Shown in pieces: positions 1 through 16,186 of a stretch of 64,000 bases of DNA. This stretch comes from Dendrobates tinctorius. Taxonomy: Eukaryota. How positions within the stretch are numbered: position 1 is the first letter of the stretch; the number at the start of each line of letters is the position of its first letter. Under the pieces are notes generated by a model. The model saw nothing but the letters and a program-made list of their open reading frames with translations. It did no database searches and was not told where the DNA came from. The translations under genes were made by a program, and so were the position numbers. The stretch is taken from NCBI RefSeq assembly GCF_039654945.1, contig NW_027361804.1, positions 6,510,001-6,574,000 of the forward strand, read 5' to 3'.

Positions 1-302
1 ATGGAAGCACAGCTCCACAACCTTACAATGTACGTTCTGGTTCCCATTCACACAACAGATAAGATCTCTGCTTGAACTTGTCAGAGCTGAGGGATTGTTA
101 CAATTGCATCCAGGCTGGTAATCTCCAGAATGATACAATGGATCAGTGCTGAGAAAATGTCATAAATGATTTCCGGTGTGTCCGATCACCGAGGGTCGTC
201 TCAACTGGGTACAACTGTGACAAACAAGCAGCTGTGAGAAGGCCGAGCAGAGTCTTCCCACTCACTGACAGCAAGCAGAGCTGTGCACAGACTAAGCTTT
301 CA

Positions 303-455
<153 letters not shown>

Positions 456-510
456 TCAGGCGGTATATAACACTGGAGCTGCAGCACTTACACCGAGCTC
501 CGTCTCGTAC

Positions 511-586
511 CTGGAATTTCCTGCGGGCAACAAAGTACTGCATGCGGCGGGTGACCTTCACTGCCATCCGGTGCGCGTCTGTCAAT
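511..586 (-). CDS. KCNQ1-like exon 12 (helix B)
   Basis: LTDAHRMAVKVTRRMQYFVARRKFQ; 76 nt as in KCNQ1; CAG/GTACGA. Confidence 0.95.
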
Positions 587-794
587 CTGCAACACAATAA
601 CACACGCTGGAGAAATTGTAAGTATAAGTATAGTGGGGGTTGTAGTACTGGTGCCGGCTGTGGGAGTGATGGGGGTTAGTGCTAATGATGGCGGTGGTAT
701 AACCAGTGGGGGACGGGGAAGGAGCCCGAGGTCAATACTGCGGTATTACTGATATTGCAATGGAAATAACACGTGAAGATCACACACAGGCAAG

Positions 795-1040
795 TGCTGC
801 AGCACAGACACACAGCTAAGTACGGCAGCACAGCCACAGCTGTGTGTCTGTGCTGCGGTACTTAGCTGTGTATCTGTGTTGCAGTACTTAGCTGAGTATC
901 TGTGTTGCAGTGCTAAGTACCGCAGCACAGACACACAACTGAATACAGCAGCACAGACACACAACTGAATACAGCAGCACAGACACACAGCTGAGTGCCA
1001 CACCACAGTCACAAAGCTGAGTGCCGCAGCACAGACACCA
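795..1040. repeat. Short direct and inverted repeats (GCAGCACAGACACACAGCT)
   Basis: About 9 degenerate ~24-bp copies in both orientations, in KCNQ1-like intron 11. Confidence 0.7.
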
Positions 1041-2046
1041 CTAGAGAAGACTTGATTGGAAGATTGGAATCAGTAGGAATGAGCGCCCCCTTGTGTTAGG
1101 CCTGAATAGATATTAGGCCACTTTATTCAGTTCAGCAGAATAATGGGAGAGGGGAACACCAGAAGGTTGGAACAGTAAATTAAGGCCACACAGAGGCTGC
1201 ATGCACACTCGGAGCACGCTCACACTGCAAAGCACAGGAGCTCGGGTATAAAAGCGGATTCTTCATTTCTGTTTTCAAATTGTTTCCTGAATCCCTGACC
1301 TCCAGCACTTCCCAGAATAATTTGTGCTTTGTCCTCCACCATCACAGTAGCTGTCAGTAAATGAAAACCAAACAAACTAGTCCTGCTCACACAGCAGGAG
1401 CCCATGATAGAAGAGAAATGTGTCCCGGTCTGCAACTGTAACAAACCCTCAGCCGTGTGAGCAGAAGGAGGTTACGACAAGCTTTCAGCCTCTGAATGGG
1501 AAAAAAAGTCTCCTTCGCCGAGAGCTAGCGTGAAACCCAAGAAAACACGGATATGGAGTTCCACTTTTATACCTCTTCTTCCTGGGCAGACCCTCACCTG
1601 CTCATGGTGCTGCCAGGGGGGATAAAGAACAGCGATTACACGGTGCGGGCATCAGACGGAGCAGACGCATGTACTTAGGGGTCACTAAGCAGAAGGCACA
1701 GGGTGCTCAGGAACAGCGCCTCTCATGTCCTTGTGGCTGTATATGGAACAGCAGCTTAGCTGCATTTACTTCGGCTGCAGTACCTGGAGCAGCCACATGG
1801 ACGTCAGTGGCGCTGATTATGAAAAAAAAAAAGACGTTGACCCTCATTTCTAAAGCATAAATGAATCTCTTCACTCCCTCTCGCAGCAAAGAGTGAGAGC
1901 TGCTGCAGCTCCGTCCTTTTTTACAAGATGGATGTTTTTTAGCACCAGAGGTGGGAGTATAATATACCCTGTAACATGCGGCTTCTTCTTGGCGCCCCCC
2001 TTTCCGATATCGGCAGATTAACCCCTTCCCTCCCCCTGAGCCTTAC

Positions 2047-2161
2047 TGGGATATCTCGGTCACCGCCGGCAGGGAGCTCTCCTCGCTCATGGCGTCCATG
2101 TCGTCAGTGTAGCTGTTAGTCCTGGAAATATCTGGCAGAGATCCGTCCGCTCGACCTCTCC
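2047..2161 (-). CDS. KCNQ1-like exon 11
   Basis: GRGRADGSLPDISRTNSYTDDMDAMSEESSLPAVTEIS(Q) (KCNQ1: RTNSFAED...ITHISQ); 115 nt; CAG/GTAAGG. Confidence 0.9.
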
Positions 2162-2571
2162 CTGTAGATAAATGAATTACTCCAATCACAGCCAAAGCTG
2201 CAAACACAATTCTTCTGGTTGGAATTTTACGGTTTTCATGCACTATACCTTGTACCGAGGAGGTAAGAGACGTGCAGATAGAGAGGGTAGACCAGGACCT
2301 ACAGCGACCTGTTACAGAGAGGAAGAGAAGAGGAAGAGACAGAAGGTGACAGAGACGCCGGGAAATGTCACCGAGCACGAGACTTCAGAGACATCCACAG
2401 CTGGGAGAACTATGGATGGAGCCATGCATAATTAGGCTGCATTACCAACAAGGGCCACTAGGTGTCGCCATCCACATGACTATAGCTGATAGAGGGGAAG
2501 CTAAAGGGGAAATTTAAAGGGACAGCACATGTCTGGCATTACATTTATTGTGGCACATGTCTGCCCCCTAC

Positions 2572-2773
2572 CTGTCGGCCCCTGAAAGTTCATGTCTCTG
2601 TTCTCGCCCTCCGTATGATGATAGGTAATGTGAGGCACAGACAGCGCATTGTCCGGGGAGAAGACTCGGGGCCCCCGTGCTAGAGGCGAAAGGCATAGCG
2701 GGGCTAGTGAAGGACTTGCGGGGGAGACAAGGGCCTCGTGTACAGACTTGGTCTTCTTCTTACTTCTTCTGTT
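2572..2773 (-). CDS. KCNQ1-like exon 10
   Basis: NRRSKKKTKS...NALSVPHITYHH...GPT (KCNQ1 motif LTVPHIT); pyrimidine tract plus CAG, donor GTAGGG; 202 nt, phase 0 to 1. Confidence 0.85.
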
Positions 2774-2805
2774 CTGGGGGAAGAGGAAGGAATTTCAGTC
2801 ATCAA

Positions 2806-5690
2806 ATTTATACAGCCACCACTAGGGGAGGGTCACTACATACAGATTTATACAGCCACCACTAGGGGGAGATCACTACAGATTTATACAGCCACCACTA
2901 GGGGGACCTCACTACATACAGATTTATACAGCCACCACTAGGGGGAGCTCACTACATACAGATTTATACAGCCACCACTAGAGGGAGCTCACTACATACA
3001 GATTTATACAGCCACCACTAGAGGGAGCTCACTACATACAGATTTATACAGCCACCACCAGAGGGAGGTCACTACACACAGATTTATACAGCCCCCACTA
3101 GAGGGAGCTCACTACATAGAGATTTACACAGCCACCACTAGAGGGAGATCACTACATGCAGATTTATACAGCCACCACTAGAGGGAGCTCACTACATGCA
3201 GATTTATACAGCCACCACTAGAGGGAGAGCACTACCTACAGATTTATACAGCCAACACTGGAGGGGGGGCTCACTACATACAGATTTAAACAGCCACGAC
3301 TAGAGGGAGCTCACAACATACAGATTTATACAGCCACCACTAGAGGGAGCTCACTACATGCAGATTTATACAGCCACCACTAGAGGGAGCTCACTACATA
3401 CAGATTTATACAGCCACCACCAGAGGGAGGTCACTACACACAGATTTATACAGCCCCCACTAGAGGGAGTTCACTACATAGAGATTTATACAGCCACCAC
3501 TAGAGGGAGATCACTACATGCAGATTTATACAGTCACCACTAGAGGGAGTTCACTACATAGAGATTTATACAGCCACCACTAGAGGGAGATCACTACATG
3601 CAGATTTATACAGCCACCACTAGAAGGGGCTCACTACATACAGATTTATACAGCCACCACTAGAGGGAGCTCACTACATGCAGATTTATACAGCCACCAC
3701 TAGAGGGAGCTCACTACATACAGATTTATACAGCCACCACTAGAGGGAGCTCACTACATACAGATTTATACAGCCACCACTAGAGGGAGCTCACTACATA
3801 CAGATTTATACAGCCCCCACTAGAGGGAGATCACTACATGCAGATTTATACAGCCACCACCAGAGGGAGGTCACTACACACAGATTTATACAGTCTCCAC
3901 TAGAGGGAGCTCACTACATGCAGATTTATACAGCCACCACCAGAGGGAGCTCACTACACACAGATTTATACAGCCCCCACTAGAGGGAGCTCACTACATA
4001 CAGATTTATACAGCCACCACTAGAGGGAGCTCACTACATACATATTTATGCAGCAACTACTAGAGGGAGCTCACTACATACAGATTTATACAGCCACCAC
4101 TAGAGGAAGAGCACTACCTACAGATTTATACAGCCACCACTAGGTGGGGCTCACTACATACAGATTTATACAGCCACCACTAGAGGGAGCTCACTACATA
4201 CAGATTTATACAGCCACCACTAGAGGGAGCTCACTACATGCAGATTTATACAGCCACCACCAGAGGGAGGTCACTACACACAGATTTATACAGCCCCCAC
4301 TAGAGGGAGCGCATTACATACAGATTTATACAGCAACCACTAGAGGGAGCTCACTACATACAGATTTATACAGCCACTATTAGAGGGAGCTCACTACATA
4401 CAGATTTATACAGCCACCACTAGAGGGAAATCACTACATGCGGATTTATACAGCCACCACTAGAGGGAGCTCACTACATGCATTTATACAGCCACCACCA
4501 GAGGGAGCTCACTACACACAGATTTATACAGCTCCCACTAGAGGGATCTCACTACACACAGATTTATACAGCCCCCACTAGAGGGAGCTCACTACATACA
4601 GATTTATACAGCCCCCACTAGAGGGAGCTCACTACACACAGATTTATACAGCCACCACCAGAGGGAGCTCACTACACACAGATTTATACAGCCCCCACTA
4701 GAGTGAGCTCATTACATACAGATTTATACAGCAACCACTAGAGGGAGCTCACTACATACAGATTTATACAGCCACTATTAGAGGGAACTCACTACATACA
4801 GATTTATACAGCCACCACTAGAGGGAGCTCACTACACACAGATTTATACAGCCCCCACTAGAGGGAGCTCACTACATACAGATTTATACAGCCCCCACTA
4901 GAGGGAGCTCACTACATACAGATTTATACAGCCCCCACTAGAGGGAGCTCACTACACACAGATTTTAACAGCCACCACCAGAGGGAGCTCACTACACACA
5001 GATTTATACAGTCCCCACTAGAGGGAGCTCACTACATACAGATTTATACAGCCACCACTAGAGGGAGCTCACTACATACAGATTTATACAGCCACCACTA
5101 GGGGGAGCTCACTACATGCAGATTTATACAGCCACCACTAGGGGGGCTCACTACATACAGATTTATACAGCCACCACTAGAGGGAGCTCACTAAATACAG
5201 ATTTATACAGCCACCACTAGAGGGAGCTCACTACATACAGATTTATACAGCCACCACTAGGGGGCGATCACTACATGCAGATTTATACAGCCACCACTAG
5301 AGGGAGCTCACTACATGCAGATTTATACAGCCACCACCAGAGGGAGCTGACTACATACAGATTTATACAGCCACCACTAGAGGGAGCTCACTACATACAG
5401 ATTTATACAGCCACTACTAGAGGGAGCTCACTACATACAGATTTATACAGCCACCACTAGGGGGAGCTGACTACATACATATTTATACAGCCACCACTAG
5501 AGGGAGATCACTACATGCAGATTTATACAGCCACCACTAGAGAGAGATCACTACATATAGATTTATACAGCCGCCACTAGAGGGAGCTCACTACATATAG
5601 ATTTATACAGTCACCTCTAGAGGGAGCTCACTACATGCAGATTTATACAGCCACCACTAGGGGGAGCTCACTACATTCAGCTTTTTACAC
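2806..5690 (+). repeat. 40-bp tandem array (CAGATTTATACAGCCACCACTAGAGGGAGCTCACTACATA), ~72 copies
   Basis: Direct periodicity; fills KCNQ1-like intron 9. Confidence 0.97.
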
Positions 5691-5821
5691 CTTCCCTTTA
5701 ATACTATAATACATTTGTACTCAGTGAGCTCCCCCTAGAGGAGGTATTAAGAATATCACCAGTGAATCTGGCTGCTCTAAATAAATTGGGTAGGAATGAA
5801 AACTGTCAGGAATGCCCAGAC

Positions 5822-5950
5822 CTGTCTCCGTGTGCCCGGGCTGAGTGGCGCCGATGCGGTCTTGCTTCCCTGTTCTGGGGGGGTCAGGTAGATTTTCCAT
5901 GTGGCGGTGGAGCTGTAGGACTTCTCAGCGGCGTAGCACCTCCAGAGGGT
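5822..5950 (-). CDS. KCNQ1-like exon 9
   Basis: TLWRCYAAEKSYSSTATWKIYLTPPEQGSKTASAPLSPGTRRQ; 129 nt, phase 0. The donor GTCTGG is weaker, so the 3' boundary is less certain. Confidence 0.85.
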
Positions 5951-5980
5951 CTGCATAGGAGACAGGTGAGATGATATTCA

Positions 5981-6169
<189 letters not shown>

Positions 6170-6172
6170 TCA

Positions 6173-6343
<171 letters not shown>

Positions 6344-6494
6344 TCATACGGCGCGGTACGGGGCGGAACAATGCATATATGGAATCCGTACAGATACAGT
6401 TCCCATAGGCTACCTGCAGGGGGCAGCAGAGAATGCTGCTTTGGCTGTGACTAGAGAAGATGTGGAGAATATCAGCAGACGCAGTCATACTCAC

Positions 6495-6635
6495 CACTCC
6501 CCACCAGAGGGCGTCGGCGTAGCTGGAGAATCCGGTCCTCCCTTCCTCATCTACAGCGTCTTTCTCGGCCAGGTAGACGAAGTACGAGGAGAAGATCAGC
6601 CCCAAGAACCCAATGTACAGCGTGGTGATCAGCTC
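6495..6635 (-). CDS. KCNQ1-like exon 6 (S5, turret, pore helix)
   Basis: [47 protein letters not shown]; 141 nt; CAG/GTGAGT. Confidence 0.97.
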
Positions 6636-6724
6636 CTGAAGGACGGCAGGAGAGCAAGAAGGGAGGACAGAATGAGATCTCCGCAGAAGACAAAGAAATT
6701 CTGATTATTACAGGGCGGCCATTA

Positions 6725-8580
<1,856 letters not shown>

Positions 8581-8627
8581 TGAACTCTTTCTTTATGTGA
8601 ATCCTGGAGCCCAATAAACTCACCAAC

Positions 8628-8706
8628 CTAATGGCAGACGTGGCGAAGACCTGGCCATTGGAGCCCACACTGAGGACAATGATGGAGGCGATGACCACGA
8701 TGAGAT
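8628..8706 (-). CDS. KCNQ1-like exon 4 (S3)
   Basis: DLIVVIASIIVLSVGSNGQVFATSAIR; 79 nt; the in-frame donor is GTTGGT. Confidence 0.94.
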
Positions 8707-9112
8707 CTGGAGGAGGAGAGGTAATTTGTGGATTTCTGGTCTCACGTTTTGGTAAATGGAGCTGGAGGTTGGGTGATACCTGGGGGGAGAAGCCTCAGGA
8801 TTGGGGACCCTGGTGAAGGCTCCCTTGACTCCTGGCACCTTCCCCCGCTTTATACTATGTGGGGCACATATAATAGCGGGGTCTTATGTGGCTGAGGGGC
8901 TTATCTGCCGTCCGTGGCCCCGGGACCCCGGTGTCGCTGCTGCCTCTACACCCCTGGGAGACACCAGACCGCAGTGTGTCTGTCACCAAAACCACCATAC
9001 TCAGCTAATCCATCAGCAGCATCTGTCTCTTTCCTAATACATCTGCCTGACGGGCGACTCGTGTGACCGAGTGACCCTACAGCCAAACGGTACATCCAAC
9101 ATGGCCGCTCAC

Positions 9113-9239
9113 CAATTATAGAGATGGGCTTCCGGGCAAAACGAATCCGCCCCTTGAATCCAACGTATTTACTGCGACAGCCGGCGGACCACAGCCTCAC
9201 CAGGTACTCAGCACCAAAGAAGACCACCAGGACGATCTC
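9113..9239 (-). CDS. KCNQ1-like exon 3 (S2)
   Basis: [42 protein letters not shown]; 127 nt; CAG/GTGAGC. Confidence 0.96.
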
Positions 9240-9384
9240 CTGCAAGAGAGAAATGGTTAAAGAGACCATCGGGGGGCACTGTGCCAATATAAGGTCTTGA
9301 GGTGACAACCTTTATTAGCATGGCGGACGTTAACCTCTTCCCAATATATTCGTATATGGGACAGGCTCAGAAGCTGCGCTGCAT

Positions 9385-12300
9385 GCCCGTAACAGCAGAG
9401 ATCAGAACAGCTCCGATCACTGACATCTGTCTGTAACAGCAGAGATCAGAGCAGCTCCGATCACCGACACCTGCCTGTAACAGCAGAGATCAGAGCAGCT
9501 ACGATCACTGACATCTGTCTGTAACAGCAGAGATCAGAGCAGCTCCGATCACCGACACCTGCCTGTAACAGCAGAGATCAGAGCAGCTCCGATCACTGAC
9601 ACCTGTCTGTAACAGCAGAGATCAGAGCAGCTCCGATCACTGACACCTGCCTGTAACAGCAGAGATCAGAGCAGCAACGATCACTGACACCAGTCTGTAA
9701 CAGCTGAGACGAGAGCAGCACTGATCACTGACACCTGCCTGTAACAGCAGAGATCAGAGCAGTACCGATCACTGACACCTGTCTGTAACAGCTGAGACGA
9801 GAGCAGCACCGATCACTGACACCTGCCTGTAACAGCAGAGATCAGAGCAGCTCCGATCACTGACACCTGCCTGTAACAGCTGAGATCAGAGCAGCTCCGA
9901 TCACTGACAGCTGCCTGTAACAGCCAAGACAAGTGCAGCTCTGATCACTGACACCTGCCTCTAACAGCTGAGATCAGAGCAGCTCCGATCACTGACACCT
10001 GCCTGTAACAGCAGAGATCAGAGCAGTTCCGATCACTGACACCAGCCTGTAACAGCCAAGATCAGAGCAGTTCTGATCACTGACACCTGCCTGTAACAGC
10101 TGAGATCAGAGCACCTCTGATCACTGACACCTGCCTGTAACAGCAGAGATCAGAGCAGCTCCGATCACCGACACCTGCCTGTAACAGCAGAGATCAGAGC
10201 AGCTCCAATGACTGACACCTGCCTGTAACAGCTGAGATCAGAGCAGCTCCAATGACCGACACCTGCCTGTAACAGCTGAGATCAGAGCAGCTCCAATGAC
10301 CGACACCTGCCTGTAACAGCAGAGATCAGAGCAGCTCCGATCACTCACACCTGCCTGTAACAGCCAAGATCAGAGCAGCTCCAATCACCGACACCTGCCT
10401 GTAACAGCAGATATCAGAGCAGCTCCAATCACTGACACCTGCCTGTAACAGCAGAGATCAGAGCAGCTCCGATCACTGACACCTGCCTGTAACAGCTGAG
10501 ATCAGAGCAGCACCAACCACCGACACCTGCCTGTAACAGCAGAGATCAGAGCAGCTCTGATCAGTGACACCTGCCTGTAACAGCAGAGATCAGAGCAGCT
10601 CCGATCACCGACACCTGCCTGTAACAGCAGAGATCAGAGCAGCTCCAATGACCGACACCTGCCTGTAACAGCTGAGATCAGAGCAGCTCCAATGACCGAC
10701 ACCTGCCTGTAACAGCTGAGATCAGAGCAGCTCCAATGACCGACACCTGCCTGTAACAGCAGAGATCAGAGCAGCTCCGATCACTGACACCTGCCTGTAA
10801 CAGCCAAGATCAGAACAGCTCCAATCACCGACACCTGCCTGTAACAGCAGAGATCAGAGCAGCTCCAATCACTGACACCTGCCTGTAACAGCAGAGATCA
10901 GAGCAGCTCCGATCACTGCCACCTGCCTGTAACAGCTGAGATCAGAGCAGCACCAACCACCGACACCTGCCTGTAACAGCAGAGATCAGAGCAGCTCTGA
11001 TCAGTGACACCTGCCTGTAACAGCAGAGATCAGAGCAGCTCCGATCACTGACACCTGCCTGTAACAGCTGAGATCAGAGCAGCTCCGATCACTGACACCT
11101 GCCTGTAACAGCAGAGATCAGAGCAGCTCCGATCACTGACACCTGCCTGTAACAGCTGAGATCAGAGCAGCACCAACCCCGACACCTGCCTGTAACAGCA
11201 GAGATCAGAGCAGCTCCGATCACTGACACCTGCATGTAACAGCAGAGATCAGAGCAGCTCTGATCAGTGACACCTGCCTGTAACAGCAGAGATCAGAGCA
11301 GCTCCGATCACTGACACCTGCCTGTAACAGCAGAGATCAGAGCAGCTCCGATCACTGACACCTGCCTGTAACAGCAGAGATCAGAGCAGCTCCGATCATT
11401 GACACCTGCCTGTAACAGCTGAGATCAGAGCAGCACCAACCACCGACACCTGCCTGTAACAGCAGAGATCAGAGCAGCTCTGATCAGTGACACCTGCCTG
11501 TAACAGCAGAGATCAGAGCAGCTCTGATCACTGACACCTGCCTGTGACAGCTGAGATCAGAGCAGCTCCGATCACTGACACCTGCATGTAACAGCAGAGA
11601 TCAGAGCAGCTCTGATCAGTGACACCTGCCTGTAACAGCAGAGATCAGAGCAGCTCTGATCAGTGACACCTGCCTGTAACAGCAGAGATCAGAGCAGCTC
11701 TGATCACTGACACCTGCCTGTGACAGCTGAGATCAGAGCAGCTCCGATCACTGACACCTGCATGTAACAGCAGAGATCAGAGCAGCTCTGATCAGTGACA
11801 CCTGCCTGTAACAGCAGAGATCAGAGCAGCTCCGATCACTGACACCTGCCTGTAACAGCTGAGATCAGAACAGCACCAAGCACCAACCACCGACACCTGC
11901 CTGTAACAGCAGAGATCAGAGCAGCTCTGATCAGTGACACCTGCCTGTAACAGCAGAGATCAGAGCAGCTCCGATCACTGACACCTGCCTGTAACAGCAG
12001 AGATCAGAGCAGCTCCGATCACTGACACCTGCCTGTAACAGCAGAGATCAGAGCAGCTCCGATCACTGACACCTGCCTGTAACAGCTGAGATCAGAGCAG
12101 CACCAACCACCGACACCTGCCTGTAACAGCAGAGATCAGAGCAGCTCTGATCAGTGACACCTGCCTGTAACAGCAGAGATCAGAGCAGCTCTGATCACTG
12201 ACACCTGCCTGTGACAGCTGAGATCAGAGCAGCTCCGATCACTGACACCTGCATGTAACAGCAGAGATCAGAGCAGCTCTGATCAGTGACACCTGCCTGT

Positions 12301-12785
12301 AACAGCAGAGATCAGAGTAGCTCTGATCAGTGACACCTGCCTGTAACAGCTGAGATCAGAGCAGCTCCAATCACTGACACCTGCCTGTAACAGCAGAGAT
12401 CAGAGCAGCTCTGATCAGTGACACCTGCCTGTGACAGCTGAGATCAGAGCAGCTCCGATCACTGACACCTGCATGTAACAGCAGAGATCAGAGCAGCTCT
12501 GATCAGTGACACCTGCCTGTAACAGCAGAGATCAGAGCAGCTCTGATCAGTGACACCTGCCTGTAACAGCTGAGATCAGAGCAGCTCCAATCACTGACAC
12601 CTGCCTGTAACAGCAGAGATCAGAGCAGCTCTGATCACTGACACCTGCCTGTAACAGCAGAGATCAGAGCAGCTCTGATCAGTGACACCTGCCTGTAACA
12701 GCAGAGATCAGAGCAGCTCTGATCACTGACACCTGCCTGTAACAGCTAAGATCAGAGCAGCACCAACCACTGACACCTGCCTGAA
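9385..12785 (+). repeat. 44-bp tandem array (ACCTGCCTGTAACAGCAGAGATCAGAGCAGCTCCGATCACTGAC), ~77 copies
   Basis: Direct periodicity; in intron 2. Confidence 0.97.
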
Positions 12786-13387
12786 ACAATGTCTGATCGC
12801 TGCTGTGTAGCCCAAATGTCACTGTTGATCTCCGACAGGGGAATATAAGGGCACCACCTGGGTGTCGTGTAGTTTTGAGCATGTATCAGGATCTCCGCAA
12901 TGCAATCTCAAGGTGTTAATACATAACTTTGGAAGGACCCTCATGGCAGAATGGCCCCCACGGCTGCCAAGTAGCTACCCGGTGAGGTCCAGCCTGTGGC
13001 TCAGCCTCACAGCGGGCAATTATTTCTCTTTCTACACTGCAGTACTAAGGTCGTGCAGTGTACAGAACAAGCCATCAGACAAGTGCAAGTCCTCAAAGGG
13101 ACCGAAAAAAATAAATTAAAAAAATATATTTTTAAGATAAAAATATAAAACTTTGTATCAGTGCACTTTACAAATTTAATGATAAATTTAAAAAATAAAT
13201 AAATAAAAACACATTTGCTATCGCTGCGTCCGTAAAGGTCCGAGCTGTCAAAATATAAAATTATTCATCACGTACGGTAAATGCCACAAAGCAAAAAATC
13301 AAAAAGAGGTTTTCATATCAGCCCCCATTCTATATATAAACGGGAATTCATGGCAGCCTGGGAGTTGTAGTGCTTCTTGCTACTCAC

Positions 13388-13478
13388 CATCCAGAATAGA
13401 GTCCCAGTGGCAAATTCAGAGTAATGTTCAATGGTGGACAGGACGCTGAAAATCAGACAGATGAGGACGAGGAGGAAC
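13388..13478 (-). CDS. KCNQ1-like exon 2 (S1)
   Basis: [30 protein letters not shown]; CAG acceptor and GTGAGT donor; 91 nt as in KCNQ1. Not in the ORF track. Confidence 0.95.
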
Positions 13479-13649
13479 CTGCGCGACACAAGTGAGAACG
13501 GACCATGGTGATTATGTGTCGGGGGCTGAAAGAAGCGAGTAATGACAAGTGTCGTGTACTACTACTCATCATACACACCGCACTTGTGCTTGGTGTCAAT
13601 CATCTCTAAAGAGCATCAGCGGCATCGAAATATCGAACAGCATCATCAT

Positions 13650-15645
13650 GTATCTAATCCAAGTGTGTGATATTGGCTGCTGAGCCGTGTACCTAATCCT
13701 CTCCTGTGTGATACTGACTGCTGAGCCGTGTATCTAAACCTATCGTGTGTAATACTGTCTGCTGAGCCGTGTATCTAATCCTCTCCTCTTTGATACTGAC
13801 TGCTGAGCCGTGTATCTAATCCTCTCCTGTGTGATACTGACTGCTGAGTCGTGTATCTGATCCTATCCTGTGTGATACTGACTGCTGAGCCGTGTATCTA
13901 ATCCTCTCCTGTGTGATACTGACTGCTGAGCCGTGTATCTAATCCTCTCCTGTGTGATACTGACTGCTGAGCCGTGTATCTGATCCTATCCTGTGTGATA
14001 CTGACTGCTGAGCCGTGTATCTAATCCTATTCTGTGTGATACTGACTGCTGAGCCGTGTATCTAATCCTCTCCTGTGTGATACCGACTGCTGAGCCGTGT
14101 GTCTAATCCTCTCCTGTGTGATACTGACTGCTGAGCTGTGTATCTAATCCTCTCCTGTGTGATACTGACTGCTGAGCCGTGTATCTAATCGTATCCTGTG
14201 TGATACTGACTGCTGAGCCATGTATCTGATCCTATCCTGTGTGATACTGACTGCTGAGCCGTGTATCTAATCCTCTCCTGTGTGATACTGACTGCTGAGC
14301 CGTGTATCTAATCCTCTCCTGTGTGATACTGACTGCTGAGCCGTGTATCTGATCCAATCCTGTGTGATACTGACTGCTGAGCCGTGTATCTAATCCTATT
14401 CTGTGTGATACTGACTGCTGAGCCGTGTATCTAATCCTCTCCTGTGTGATACCGACTGCTGAGCCGTGTGTCTAATCCTCTCCTGTGTGATACCGACTGC
14501 TGAGCCGTGTATCTAATCCTCTCCTGTGTGATACCGACTGCTGAGCCGTGTGTCTAATCCTCTCCTGTGTGATGCTGACTGCTGAGCCGTGTATCTAATC
14601 CTATTCTGTGTGATATTGACTGCTGAGCAATGTATCTAATCCTATCCTGTGTGATACTGACTGCTGAGCAATGTATCTAATCCTATCCTGTGTGATACTG
14701 ACTGCTGAGCCGTGTATCTAATCCTCTCGTGTGATACTGACTGCTGAGCCGTGTATCTAATCCTCTCCTGTGTGATACCGACTGCTGAGCCGTGTGTCTA
14801 ATCCTCTCCTGTGTGATACTGACTGCTGAGCCATGTATCTAATCCTATTCTGTGTGATACTGACTGCTGAGCAATGTATCTAATCCTATCCTGTGTGATA
14901 CTGACTGCTGAGCCGTTTATCTAATCCTATCCTGTGTGATACTGACTGCTGAGCCGTGTATCTAATCCTCTCCTGTGTGATACTGACTGCTGAGCCGTGT
15001 ATCTAATCCTATCCTGTGTGATACTGACTGCTGAGCCGTGTATCTAATCCTATCCTGTGTGATACTGACTGCTGAGCCGTGTATCTAATCCTCTCCTGTG
15101 TGATACTGACTGCTGAGCCATGTATCTAATCCTATTCTGTGTGATACTGACTGCTGAGCAATGTATCTAATCCTCTCCTGTGTGATACTGACTGCTGAGC
15201 CATGTATCTAATCCTATCCTGTGTGATATTGACTGCTGAGCCGTGTATCTAATCCTCTCCTGTGTGATACTGACTGCTGAGCCGTGTATCTAATACTCTC
15301 CTGTGTGATACTGACTGCTGAGCTGTGTATCTAATCCTCTCCTGTGTGATACTGTCTGCTGAGCCGTGTATCTAATCCTATCCTGTGTGATACTGACTGC
15401 TGAGCCGTGTATCTAATCCTCTCCTGTGTGATACTGACTGCTGAGCTGTGTATCTAATCCTCTCCTGTGTGATACTGACTGCTGAGCTGTGTATCTAATC
15501 CTCTCCTGTGTGATACTGTCTGCTGAGCTGTGTATCTAATCCTCTCCTGTGTGATACTGTCTGCTGAGCTGTGTATCTAATCCTCTCCTGTGTGATACTG
15601 ACTGCTGAGCCGTGTATCTAGTCCTATCCTGTGTGATACTGTCTA
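13650..15645 (+). repeat. 41-bp tandem array (CTGCTGAGCCGTGTATCTAATCCTCTCCTGTGTGATACTGA), ~48 copies
   Basis: Direct periodicity; in intron 1. Confidence 0.97.
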
Positions 15646-15667
15646 TCATAACCACAATACACAGGGA

Positions 15668-15765
15668 GTCAGTTGCCCCTAACAACCAATCATATCGCTT
15701 CTTTTATTTTCAAAATTGCTTTGGAGAAATTAAATCTGCAATCTGATTGGTTGCTATTGGTAACA
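15668..15765. mobile_element. Short fold-back element (MITE-like)
   Basis: Inverted arms GTTGCCCCTAACAACCAATCA / TGATTGGTTGCTATTGGTAAC. Confidence 0.6.
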
Positions 15766-16186
15766 GCTTCACCTGAGGCCTACTATGGCTGGTTTATATT
15801 ACCGCCATCCCTTTAAGACACTAAATATCGGGAAACTGATGAGAAATCATCTCTGGGGGGCGTCCTCCCTGTCGAGACCCCCCATGTAGTGAAGCCCTAT
15901 TATCAGGGAGTCTCCATTGGTCAGAAGAGAAGTAATTAAAATAAACTGAATTATTGATTAGCAGATGACTAATGACTGGAGTAGTTAACCCCCACAATAC
16001 TGAGCTGCGTAATTAGCCCCTGAGGGCACTGCATGCAGCTGGTGAATGGAGCGATGTCACGAGAGAGCGGGAATCCGGAGACGTCCCATAAATTAATGAG
16101 AGGAGAACTGGGGATACTAGAGACAGCAGCACAACATAACATGGCTGCTGGGGCAAGTGCCATCACCGCACTACCGACACCAAGCT

